Assembly (NCBI GenBank): GCA_038824665.1
Contig: JAWBBK010000005.1
Span: 1 to 64,000, forward strand
DNA length: 64,000 nucleotides
Direction of reading: 5' to 3'
From: Acidilobaceae archaeon
GTDB lineage: Archaea; Thermoproteota; Thermoprotei_A; Sulfolobales; Acidilobaceae
Below are positions 28,082-36,970 of this stretch, piece after piece; position 1 is the stretch's first letter; every line of letters begins with the position of its first letter. The translations under genes were made by a program, and so were the position numbers. The notes beneath the pieces are model-generated. The model was given only the letters and a program-made list of their open reading frames with translations, made no database searches and was not told the DNA's origin.

Positions 28082-28821
28082 GAAACATCTCTTTCCACTT
28101 AATGCAGATAATCGGAGTAGCCGTTCTCGCTTCAGGAGAGTTTCGAAGAAATCTGGACATGGCTGTAAGCGGGTTCGTCAACGCCTTGGCTCTCACAGTG
28201 CTCCTATACTTCCTCCTCCAGAACGAAACCGCATTTCTCTTAGTAGCTACAGGCTTCACTATAGCGGGCTCTTTCAACGCTGGAGGCACTGTAGCTAATA
28301 GAGTTGTCTTTCTCTGGAGATACGCTAAAGCGCTAGACGCTATAATGGTTTCAGGACTAAAACCTTGGAATTTTGTGTTAGGAGCTACTCTCGCAGCCTT
28401 CACCTTCGGTTTTGCCTCCGACTTCCTCTACATCTCCGTGATCTCAGTAATAGTGGGAAAGCCTGAGATCGCATTACTCGCCTTAGTCTTTGCTCCATTT
28501 ATGTCTTTCTTAGGAACTCTCATAGGTATGAATATAGCGTTTAGAATAAAGAGTCATCTGAAAACTCAAACTCTCTACGGGATGATCTTCTTCAACCTGT
28601 TCTACCTCCCTCCTGTTTTTTACCCAGTAGTTAACATGCCTGAGCCTTTGAGACCTCTGGTCTTTTTGGCCCCCACGGGTTTAGGAGCTGAGACTTTGAG
28701 AGTCTTAACGGGAGTGAGCGAGCCTGTGTATTCTCTAGAAATACTGCTAGGAGCACTCTTCTTGTGGCTAGTAATTCTGCTTGTGCTTTCAATCAAAGGT
28801 TTAAAGTGGGACTTAGACTAA
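28054..28821 (+). CDS. ABC-2 type permease
   Basis: Six TM helices, PPVFYP..MPEPL; overlaps the ATPase gene. Confidence 0.85.
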   Translation: MASERKGILRNISFHLMQIIGVAVLASGEFRRNLDMAVSGFVNALALTVLLYFLLQNETAFLLVATGFTIAGSFNAGGTVANRVVFLWRYAKALDAIMVSGLKPWNFVLGATLAAFTFGFASDFLYISVISVIVGKPEIALLALVFAPFMSFLGTLIGMNIAFRIKSHLKTQTLYGMIFFNLFYLPPVFYPVVNMPEPLRPLVFLAPTGLGAETLRVLTGVSEPVYSLEILLGALFLWLVILLVLSIKGLKWDLD

Positions 28822-28834
28822 AGCTTATGTTAAC

Positions 28835-29521
28835 TTGACTATAAATTATTTAAAGATTAAAGTGAGGTCAGGATCGGTGTCAATTTTGAGGATGACCAGA
28901 GAAGAAGCGAAAACAAGAACAAGAAATGAGTTGATCAAAGCTTTGATCTATATCATTCTTTATATAGTTACTGGAGCCATAATTACAGTTATCTTAGGCA
29001 TCATCAGGTCCGTCTTCAATGTAGACCTCACGGGACTCTCTCCCTATGTCAACGCCGCTCTTTTAATAATCTTCGGTTATTTCGTAATCAAAGCTATATC
29101 TAATGCCGCCTTTTACACTACGTATTCCAGCCACGAAGACCTGGCTACAGCCGCTGCTGTAAAGAACGCCGTTTTCCTCATAGGTCTAGGAGCTCTAATA
29201 GTGGCAATAGTTGGAGCTGTTGTAGGCGGAGCTACTGCTGTAGCCTTAGCTGGCTTCCTAGCTATCGTTATCGGTTACGCTACTCAACAAGTCCTGTCTC
29301 AAGTGCTAGCCGGCTTCTTCCTTATCCTGATAAGACCTTTCAAGTTGGTTACAGATAGAGTGAACGTAGTCGGCGAAGAGGGCTACATTGAAGAGGTTGG
29401 AGTGATCTACACTAAGATGAACAAAGACGATAAGACTGTAGTCCTGATCCCCAACACGTCTCTCATCGGGAACAAGATCTACATACTTACAGAAAAGGTC
29501 AAGACGGAGTCTCGATCGTGA
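28835..29521 (+). CDS. MscS-family mechanosensitive channel
   Basis: GYATQQVLSQVLAGFFL..IRPF, IPNTSL. Confidence 0.88.
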   Translation: MTINYLKIKVRSGSVSILRMTREEAKTRTRNELIKALIYIILYIVTGAIITVILGIIRSVFNVDLTGLSPYVNAALLIIFGYFVIKAISNAAFYTTYSSHEDLATAAAVKNAVFLIGLGALIVAIVGAVVGGATAVALAGFLAIVIGYATQQVLSQVLAGFFLILIRPFKLVTDRVNVVGEEGYIEEVGVIYTKMNKDDKTVVLIPNTSLIGNKIYILTEKVKTESRS

Positions 29522-30254
29522 GTCTTTCTGTTCTTTTCGTTTTATCTGTAGCTTTTTTCACTCTTTCTATATAAACTTGTATGGCTTTAGCGTTCGCTTC
29601 AACAACTCCATCAGCGCCTAAAACGCTTCTTCTTCTAAACCTTATCTCAGCTAGCCATCCAGAACTGTCAACGGAGACTACTTTATCGAGAAGCCCTGCT
29701 TTAGAAAGCCCTGCAACAGCTCTAGCTCCTACTCCAAAGAGATGAAGACCTTTAGGAAGAACTCTCACCACACTAGCTATGAAGCTCGTTCTTCTTTTGT
29801 CTCCGTCTAGTCCTCCTATTCCTCTAACTGTTGTAGAAATCTCTTCGAGCTCTTTATAGCACTTCAGATTTTTGCCTTGAACTACAGGCATAAACTCTCC
29901 TCTGTAAACTTTAGCGAACTCTCTAGTTCTCGCTAAAGTCGTGCTACAGTCTCCAGGAACGTCTGGAGCTACAACTATATCGAAGAGCTTGTTGTGTTTT
30001 AAGATCAGATCTGCGTAATCTCTTACTCCAACTTCAAGACCTAACTTAGCTAAGTGGTATGCGCCTGAATCTAGCATTACAGAAACCTCTGTTTTAGATC
30101 GCAAAGCTGAAAGCCTTTCGAGAACTACAGGCTTCATCTTTATAATAGAATAAGAGACAAGGATTCCGAAATCAGCTTCTCTCGAAGCTATCTCTATAGC
30201 TTTGATTTTAGTTATGCTGAGATCAGGCAAAACTATGTAGATACGTAAGCTCAA
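29499..30254 (-). CDS. minimal guanine-transglycosylase (TGT)-fold protein without Zn or PUA domains
   Basis: LDSGAYH, APDV, PVVQG, GIGGL, HLFGVG, SVDSS appear in TGT order. Confidence 0.75.
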   Translation of the reverse strand: MSLRIYIVLPDLSITKIKAIEIASREADFGILVSYSIIKMKPVVLERLSALRSKTEVSVMLDSGAYHLAKLGLEVGVRDYADLILKHNKLFDIVVAPDVPGDCSTTLARTREFAKVYRGEFMPVVQGKNLKCYKELEEISTTVRGIGGLDGDKRRTSFIASVVRVLPKGLHLFGVGARAVAGLSKAGLLDKVVSVDSSGWLAEIRFRRRSVLGADGVVEANAKAIQVYIERVKKATDKTKRTERLTIETPS

Positions 30255-30729
30255 GAAGGGCCCTCCTCAGCTTCTCTAAGTTCTTTTTTGATCTAAACGA
30301 AAGAGGTGACATCAAAGAAGGGCTGAGATCGGTTATAGAGACGTTGCTTCTCTTAGAGGCTTCAAGCACTGCAATCCTGTAAGCTTTGACGTTTATGTAT
30401 GTAGCTATAGCAGTATAGCGTAAAGAGAGTTCTTTGAGGTCTTTCGCTAAAGCCTCGATCAGAACTTCAAGTCTTTCTAAATCCTTAGAGTAGACTTTAT
30501 CCCAATAAGGAGCTATGTCGCACCACGAGTACTTCAACTCATCTCCGTGAAGCACAACGCCTGGCTTACATGAGTCTACAGCTCCAAGGTTTACTAAACC
30601 TGCTGAAACGAGGTCTCCTACGTAAGCTTTAACTATCTTCCATCCATCGCAAAGAGAGTAGTCTCCTAACCTTACGCACTGATTACATGGAAGCAAGAGA
30701 AGAACTCTCCTCATATCTCTACTCATCAA
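30223..30729 (-). CDS. stand-alone ArcS/DUF5591-like Cys-rich protein
   Basis: VLLLLPC...YS...GVV...YWD...Y..I..Y...S..NLEKLR follows the ArcS core-domain pattern; overlaps the TGT-like gene. Confidence 0.55.
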   Translation of the reverse strand: MMSRDMRRVLLLLPCNQCVRLGDYSLCDGWKIVKAYVGDLVSAGLVNLGAVDSCKPGVVLHGDELKYSWCDIAPYWDKVYSKDLERLEVLIEALAKDLKELSLRYTAIATYINVKAYRIAVLEASKRSNVSITDLSPSLMSPLSFRSKKNLEKLRRALLELTYLHSFA

Positions 30730-30939
30730 TTTAGTGTTATCTCAAGCACAAATAGCTGAACAGCCTTGTAATCCCAGTGAGCTAGCTTTTAGTTTCCAAC
30801 AGTTAAGTAATATCGTTGTATGCTATAACATCTATTGTTTCATACATTTATAGCTAGTTATATTTGTAAAGTAAAAACTTAGTTTTGTAACGAATGTAAC
30901 TTTATAACCTCGAGAGCTAAGAGACAACGAGGAGTTCTA

Positions 30940-32295
30940 ATGTTGTCAAAAGAACCTCTGAGAGTTCTTGTGCTAGGAGCTGGTGGAAGAGATTTTCACA
31001 ACTTCAACGTGTTTTTTAAAGATAATCCAAGCTTCAAGGTAGTCGCTTTCGCTTTAACGCAGATCCCAGGAATCGATAGATTGAAGAAGTTCCCTCCTGA
31101 GCTAGCAGGAGCTCTCTATTCTGAAGGGATCGAGATACTCTCCGCTGAGAAGCTCGAAGAGATCATCATTGAAAAGAAGATCGATGTAGTGGTGCTTGCT
31201 TTTAGCGACATAACCTACAACGAATTGGGAAGGATCGTTAGCAGAGTCTTAGCTACAGGAGCTTCGTTTATGGTGCTCGGACCTAAGCATACAGTGTTAG
31301 AGTCTAAGAAGCCAGCGATAGCCATCACGGCTACGAGAACAGGAGCAGGAAAAAGTAGCGTAGCTAGAAAGATAGCTTCTATTTTGATAAATAAAGGTTA
31401 TAAAGTAGCTCCAGTTAGACATCCTATGGTCTATAACGACTTCAAGGAAGTCTTGACGGTATCTACTGTAGAGGAGTTAGAACATATGAGATTAACTCTT
31501 GAAGAGAGAGAAGAGTTCGAACACTACATAAAGATGAAGCTGAAAGTGTACGCAGGTGTGAACTATCTAAAAATCTTAGAGTTAGCGGAAAGCGAAGCAG
31601 ACATAATCCTTTGGGATGGAGGTAACAACGACTGGCCTTTCATAAAGCCCGACTACCTAATTGTCGTAGCGGACGCCTTGAGACCTGGTCAAGAAGTCGG
31701 AAGTTATCCAGGCGAAGTCAATATTAGAATGGCTGATGCAGTGATAATTAACAAAACGGATAGAGCAAAGCTTGAAGACGTAAAGAGAATAATAGACAAC
31801 GTGAAAAAAGTAAATCAAAAAGCCAAGATATCTTTAGCGATTAGTAGAGTCTACGTAGATGACCCCAAAGAGGTCTTAGGGAAAACAGCTATAGTAGTTG
31901 AAGACGCTCCTACAGTTACACATGGAGAAGCTCCTTATGGAGCAGGTTACGTAGCGGCTTTAGAATATGGAGCACGTATAGTAGATCCTAAACCTTACGC
32001 TGTAGGCTGGATAGCTGAAGCCTATAAGAGGTATCCGCACATAGGAGCAGTAGTTCCCACATTAGGCTATACTCAAGAACAGCTGAGAGATCTTGAAGAG
32101 ACTCTCAATAGAATCCCAGCTGACGTTATAGTCTCAGGAAGTCCTCTCGACCTGTCTAAAGTGCTAAAGCTGAACAAGCCTGTGATTAGAGTACGTTATG
32201 AAGTAGAGATTATAGAGGGTCCTACCTTAGAAGAACTTGTCGAAGAGTTCTTAGAAAAGGCTTCGCCTAAGCTGAAAAGCGTCAGAACTCGATAG
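30940..32295 (+). CDS. COG2403-type P-loop ligase (arginine synthetase ArcE-like; often labelled cyclic 2,3-DPG synthetase)
   Basis: GAGGRDFHNFN, RTGAGKS, RHPM, EEREE, WDGGNND, EDAPTVTHG. Confidence 0.8.
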   Translation: MLSKEPLRVLVLGAGGRDFHNFNVFFKDNPSFKVVAFALTQIPGIDRLKKFPPELAGALYSEGIEILSAEKLEEIIIEKKIDVVVLAFSDITYNELGRIVSRVLATGASFMVLGPKHTVLESKKPAIAITATRTGAGKSSVARKIASILINKGYKVAPVRHPMVYNDFKEVLTVSTVEELEHMRLTLEEREEFEHYIKMKLKVYAGVNYLKILELAESEADIILWDGGNNDWPFIKPDYLIVVADALRPGQEVGSYPGEVNIRMADAVIINKTDRAKLEDVKRIIDNVKKVNQKAKISLAISRVYVDDPKEVLGKTAIVVEDAPTVTHGEAPYGAGYVAALEYGARIVDPKPYAVGWIAEAYKRYPHIGAVVPTLGYTQEQLRDLEETLNRIPADVIVSGSPLDLSKVLKLNKPVIRVRYEVEIIEGPTLEELVEEFLEKASPKLKSVRTR

Positions 32296-32314
32296 CTCGT
32301 CTCTGGGCACAGGT

Positions 32315-33652
32315 GTGAGTGAATATCGCGACTTGCTGAAAATTGCAGAAGAAGTTCTGAAAGAGACCTCTCTCTGCGACAGATGTTTTGGGAGACTTTT
32401 TGCAAAGCTAGGTCACGGTTGGAACAATAAGGTGCGAGGCGAAGCTCTCAAGAGAGTAGTGTTGATGAGAGTTCACGAGAGATTACGTCGCGGAGACGCG
32501 AGCGCTGAAAACGACCTTAGAAAGATAGCGCCGAACGTTGGAGAGATCGCTAAAGGAGTATACCTTCAGGTCTTTGGCGAAGAGCTAAAGACCAGTGAGT
32601 GCGTTATTTGTGGAAGCATCATAGAGGAGTTTTTAGAACGCGTCTCAAAAGACGTAGCGTCAGTTGTAAAAGCTCATAACGCTCCTAGCTTCTTGATCGG
32701 TGTGATCTGCGATAAAAACGTCCTAAAGAGAGAGGAGGAAATAACGAGCAAATACGGTATTGACTTCTGGGAGTCTATAAAAAGAGAGATAAAAAGAGAG
32801 ATAGGAAAAAGAGTACAACAAATGACTAGTGCTGTTCCTGATTTCAAACATCCCGCTTTGACGCTTATCGTGAAGTTTCCAGAAGGCTCTTTAGAGATCG
32901 CACCTTCAAGCATGTTAATCAAAGGAAGATATTGGAAGACAGGAAGGATGATCAGTCAGGCGTTCTGGCCAACAGTTAATGGCCCCAAATATTTCTCAAT
33001 AGAAGAAGCGGCTTCGGGAGTTCTTGCGCTGACTAGAGGCGATAGCGTTGTGGTTCACGCAAGTGGACGCGAGGACGTAGACGTCAGAGTTCTGGGTTCA
33101 GGAAGACCTCTCATAATAGAAATAAAAGCTCCTTCCGTTTGGGTCGAAGACCTAGAAGCAATTGAGAAAGCGCTCAACTCTACTGCAACAGAGGTAGTTA
33201 AATTCAAGGTGGAAGGCTTTGCTGAATCTAAAAACGTGATCAGAGTCTACAAAGAAGAACTCGCAATAAAGGGAAAAACCTATAGAGCTCTCATCTACGT
33301 AGAAGGCGGAGTTAGAGAAGAAGACATGAGAACTCTCGAGGAGAGATTCGCTAATAGGACGATATTACAGAGAACCCCTAAGAGAGTGTTGAAGCGAAAG
33401 AAAGACATGGTTAGAACGAAGCTGGTTGAGAGCGTAAAATGCAAGATCTTGACTTCAAATCTCATAGAGTGTCTCATAAGAGCTTCAGGAGGTCTCTACG
33501 TTAAAGAGTTAGTCAGCGGAGACGACGGAAGGACTACTCCAAGCTTTTCTGAAGCTCTCGGCAGAAGAGCTTTCTGCATAGAGCTTGATGTGCTAGAAGT
33601 AAGCGTTAATCCAAAGCCTCTCGAAGCTCAAGGTCTAGCTGAAAAACCTTAA
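32315..33652 (+). CDS. pus10: tRNA pseudouridine(54/55) synthase Pus10
   Basis: CDRCFGR, GREDVDVR..G.GRP, QRTPKRV, GGLYVKEL. Confidence 0.95.
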   Translation: MSEYRDLLKIAEEVLKETSLCDRCFGRLFAKLGHGWNNKVRGEALKRVVLMRVHERLRRGDASAENDLRKIAPNVGEIAKGVYLQVFGEELKTSECVICGSIIEEFLERVSKDVASVVKAHNAPSFLIGVICDKNVLKREEEITSKYGIDFWESIKREIKREIGKRVQQMTSAVPDFKHPALTLIVKFPEGSLEIAPSSMLIKGRYWKTGRMISQAFWPTVNGPKYFSIEEAASGVLALTRGDSVVVHASGREDVDVRVLGSGRPLIIEIKAPSVWVEDLEAIEKALNSTATEVVKFKVEGFAESKNVIRVYKEELAIKGKTYRALIYVEGGVREEDMRTLEERFANRTILQRTPKRVLKRKKDMVRTKLVESVKCKILTSNLIECLIRASGGLYVKELVSGDDGRTTPSFSEALGRRAFCIELDVLEVSVNPKPLEAQGLAEKP

Positions 33653-33688
33653 ATAACCTCACTCTATCCGAGCACTAGGTGAAATGCT

Positions 33689-34006
33689 TTGGTCAAGGCT
33701 CCAAAAGGCTACAGACATAGAACGAGAAAGCTTTTGAGAAAAGAAGTGAGAGAACGTGGAGGCGTTCCTAGACTCAGCGTTTTGCTTAGAGAGTATGCTG
33801 TAGGAGAAAAAGTAGCTATCGTTATTAACCCTTCGTTCCACAGCGGTATGCCTCATAGAAGATATCATGGAAGGACTGCAACTATTGTTGGAAAAAGAGG
33901 AGAATGCTATATTGTTAAGGTGAATCTAGGAGATAAAGAAAAGACCTTGATTGTAGCTCCTTACCACCTCAAACCTCTAGAGTCTTCTCAAAAAGCTGTT
34001 AACTGA
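33689..34006 (+). CDS. rpl21e: 50S ribosomal protein L21e
   Basis: KGYRHRTRK, GMPHRRYHGRT. Confidence 0.97.
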   Translation: MVKAPKGYRHRTRKLLRKEVRERGGVPRLSVLLREYAVGEKVAIVINPSFHSGMPHRRYHGRTATIVGKRGECYIVKVNLGDKEKTLIVAPYHLKPLESSQKAVN

Positions 34007-34032
34007 GAACAACATGGGATAGGTGTGAACTC

Positions 34033-34371
34033 TTGGAGAGAAGGATTCTCAGCAAGAAATATATCACAATTCATGAAGCTAGGAAGATCGTAGAGGAAAG
34101 ACTTAAAGATGAAAGCAACGCTACCGAGGTGCTTAACAGAGTTCGCAACTACTTGATGATATTTGGAAAGCTTGATGCAGAGACCTCGAGAAAAGCTATA
34201 GAAAGCTTGCTTGAGCTAGGCGTTCCTTTAGAAGCTGCTGTCAACATATTAGATCTGTGTCCGCAATCTGAAGGAGAAATCAGGTCGATCTTGTCCACGT
34301 TTAAAGAAACTGCTCTAGACCCAGAACTCATATCTAATGTTCTCTCTATAGTTCGAAGAGCTTGCGGTTGA
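34033..34371 (+). CDS. rpoF: RNA polymerase subunit Rpo4 (F)
   Basis: AVNILDLCP..EGEIRSIL; conserved position after rpl21e. Confidence 0.9.
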   Translation: MERRILSKKYITIHEARKIVEERLKDESNATEVLNRVRNYLMIFGKLDAETSRKAIESLLELGVPLEAAVNILDLCPQSEGEIRSILSTFKETALDPELISNVLSIVRRACG

Positions 34372-34434
34372 CTAGCATAACACAGCTAATCACTTAAAAA
34401 CTTTACGCACGGAAGTTGTTCGTGGGAACTCCTG

Positions 34435-35340
34435 GTGGAAGGGACTCCTTTACAGCCCAAAAAGATTCACGTAGCGGCTCTAGAGAGAGAGGCGATTGTA
34501 ATTGACTATAGCCCTACAGGCATAGACTCCGACCCTCATAAAGAACACAAGGGCAAGCCTGTAGCTCAAGCTGTAGGCGTGAGACGGTTCAGCTTAGTCG
34601 ATGGGATTCCGCTGTCAGACGTTGAGATTTTTGAGAGAGTCACTTTAGTTAGAGAAGTCACCAGACTCTTAAGCCAACCTATTGATGTAAAGGGAACGAA
34701 GTTCAGAAAGATAACAGTAGTGCTTGCATGTCTTCCAGGTCCGGAAAGAACGTCCTACTGTTATTCTTTAACGGAGTTAGACCCATGGACTGAAGACTTA
34801 CTTAGAGAAGCCATTCAAAGCGAAGGAGGATGGGCTCTTCTCGTCGACTCTCCTTCCGAATTGGTTAAGATAGTCTCTGAACGTGGTCTACCGGAGAAGA
34901 TACTAGTGGTGCCTCAACGGCCTTTATCCTATAACGAACTAACCGATATAGCTAAAGAGAACCTTCTAGAAGCTGTGAAGAAAATAATTCAATCTGATGA
35001 AAAGACCTTCGTAGAGTTCTTTAATGTAGCTGAGCCTATAAACATCAGGCTTCACGCTCTCGACCTCTTTGCAGGAATAGGGAAGAAGACTGTACAAGCT
35101 CTGCTTGAAAGAAGGTCTCAGAAACCCTTCGAGAGCTTTGAAGAAATAAAGAAAGTCATCAGATCAGACCCTGTAGAGCTGTTGACCAACAAGATCGTTG
35201 AAGAGATTAAAGGCGAAGCTAAATACTATCTCTTCGTAGAGCCTGCCGACTACTCAGCTCCATTTCTAGATTATCCAGAAAAGATCAGAAGGTCGTTACA
35301 AATGAGGAAGAGAGGAGGTGGAGTTCAAGCCTTTACTTAA
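34435..35340 (+). CDS. DUF655 putative RNA-binding HhH protein
   Basis: PVAQAVG, FVEFFN.AEPI.IRLHAL...GIGKK, KYYLFV. Confidence 0.88.
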   Translation: MEGTPLQPKKIHVAALEREAIVIDYSPTGIDSDPHKEHKGKPVAQAVGVRRFSLVDGIPLSDVEIFERVTLVREVTRLLSQPIDVKGTKFRKITVVLACLPGPERTSYCYSLTELDPWTEDLLREAIQSEGGWALLVDSPSELVKIVSERGLPEKILVVPQRPLSYNELTDIAKENLLEAVKKIIQSDEKTFVEFFNVAEPINIRLHALDLFAGIGKKTVQALLERRSQKPFESFEEIKKVIRSDPVELLTNKIVEEIKGEAKYYLFVEPADYSAPFLDYPEKIRRSLQMRKRGGGVQAFT

Positions 35341-36142
35341 CCGTAGAGAGCTTTTGAAGTACACAAAGAGAGCCCTCAAGTCTTTAGGACTAAGACCTTC
35401 AAAAAAGCTCGGTCAACACTTCCTGATAGACCCTAGAGGAGTGAGACTGTTTTTAGACTGTTTAAACTCAAGCAACTCCAGAAGGTTTTTAGAAGTAGGC
35501 TCAGGCTTAGGGGTCCTTACTATAGCCGTCTCTCAAATAGCCGAGCTCGTAGTGGCTTTCGAAATCCATCCAAAGCTTGTTGCGTTTTTAGCTAAGCTCG
35601 AGTTAGAGAATGTTCAGGTTATCAGAGGCGACGGAGTTGAAGCCGCTTCTTCAACAACTATAGAGCACGTTTACTCAAACACTCCTTACAATTTGTCGAC
35701 AGCAATACTCTTTGCTCTAGCTAAAAACAACAACATAAAAGAAGTCACGCTAGGAGTTCAATTAGAGGTAGCCGAAAGACTGCTAGCTAAGCCAGGTCTT
35801 GAGAGCTATGGAAGACTAACGGTTGTAACGCGTAGGGTCTTCAATACAAAGATGGTAGGCGTTCTGCCTCCCGAGTTTTTCTATCCGAAACCTGAAGTCT
35901 ATGGAGCAGTTGTAAAGCTCGAGAGGAAGAAAGAGTGGACTCGAGAGGACGACGCAGTAGAGGCTGTAGCTAAATGTCTCTTCACAGGAAAGAACAAAAA
36001 AGTGGTGAAAATGATGAAGAAGTGTTTCAACATAAAGCTAGAAAGCAGTCCGCTAGGAGAGAAGAGAGTGAGAGAGCTGAGTCTAGAAGACATGGAGGAG
36101 ATTTTGAAAACGTTGGACTTAGAGAGACTTCTGACAACTTAA
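35318..36142 (+). CDS. rsmA: 16S rRNA dimethyladenosine transferase
   Basis: LGQHFL, EVGSGLG, NTPY, YGRL, FYPKPEV. Confidence 0.93.
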   Translation: MEFKPLLNRRELLKYTKRALKSLGLRPSKKLGQHFLIDPRGVRLFLDCLNSSNSRRFLEVGSGLGVLTIAVSQIAELVVAFEIHPKLVAFLAKLELENVQVIRGDGVEAASSTTIEHVYSNTPYNLSTAILFALAKNNNIKEVTLGVQLEVAERLLAKPGLESYGRLTVVTRRVFNTKMVGVLPPEFFYPKPEVYGAVVKLERKKEWTREDDAVEAVAKCLFTGKNKKVVKMMKKCFNIKLESSPLGEKRVRELSLEDMEEILKTLDLERLLTT

Positions 36143-36156
36143 AAGCTATATTCGAA

Positions 36157-36720
36157 GTGGAACTCGATGAATGTGTCTACAAGCCTTCAGACGACACAGA
36201 GCTAGCGGCTGAAGCTTTGTTGAACTTATCTAGAGAAGGTAGGACATACTCTAGCATAATCGAGATCGGCTCCGGTAGCGGAGTTCTAGCTCTTTTAGCT
36301 TACAAGTTGTTCAAACCCTCAAAGCTCATCGCTACAGACATATCGCCTTACGCTACTAGGCTCTCTCGCAAAAACCTGCCTGAAGAAGTTCTGGTAGTCA
36401 GGTGTGACGGAGCTACATGCTTTAGAGACGGCTGGGACTTAGCTATACTTAACCCTCCTTACTTGCCTGTAAAGCCTCGAAGTCCTCTGCCTGAAGGTTG
36501 TGAAGACTGGCTAGACCTGGCTTGGAGCGGGATGGAAGACATGGAGAGGCTGGTAAGAGAGGCTCTTCGAATATCGAGAGAGACCTTGGTAGTCTCTTCT
36601 AGTCTTTCTCCTATAAGCGTTGAAACGATAGCGTTAGAAGAAAAGCGTAGAGCAAGACTACTGATTTCAAAACGTTTCTTCTTTGAAGAAATATACGTAT
36701 ACTATATAGAATCAACTTAG
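36157..36720 (+). CDS. HemK2/MTQ2-family methyltransferase (start uncertain)
   Basis: VYKPSDDT, EIGSGSG, NPPY, FFFEEI. Confidence 0.88.
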   Translation: MELDECVYKPSDDTELAAEALLNLSREGRTYSSIIEIGSGSGVLALLAYKLFKPSKLIATDISPYATRLSRKNLPEEVLVVRCDGATCFRDGWDLAILNPPYLPVKPRSPLPEGCEDWLDLAWSGMEDMERLVREALRISRETLVVSSSLSPISVETIALEEKRRARLLISKRFFFEEIYVYYIEST

Positions 36721-36778
36721 GTCAGAAAAAAGAAATCAAAAATATGAGCGAACGACTTGCTTAAGTATCCTAATGTCT

Positions 36779-36835
36779 TCATTTCTTCTTTTCTTCTTTC
36801 TTCTCTTCTTTCTTCTTCTCTTCCTTCTTGGCCAT
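36779..36835 (-). CDS. candidate 18-aa Lys/Glu micropeptide MAKKEEKKKEEKKEEKKK
   Basis: ATG...TGA with a GGTG RBS upstream and a T-rich tract downstream. Confidence 0.5.
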   Translation of the reverse strand: MAKKEEKKKEEKKEEKKK

Positions 36836-36970
36836 CTCTTACACCGCTAATAATATAGATGACAATCACGACTAAATAGAGTTAGTAAGCTGACTACATA
36901 TTACGGAGACTTGTCAGAGCTGCAATAAACATAGCTTCTCAAAAGAGACCCGGCTCCTTTGTAGAACTCT

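Noticed and set aside
35974-36156. N-terminal extension of the HemK ORF
   Set aside because: Alternative-frame read-through of rsmA; homology begins near VYKPSDD.
36736-36846. Arg/Lys-rich L41e-like frame (RWPRRKRRRKK...) on the minus strand
   Set aside because: Preceded by an in-frame TAG with no start codon; the RBS fits the K/E frame.
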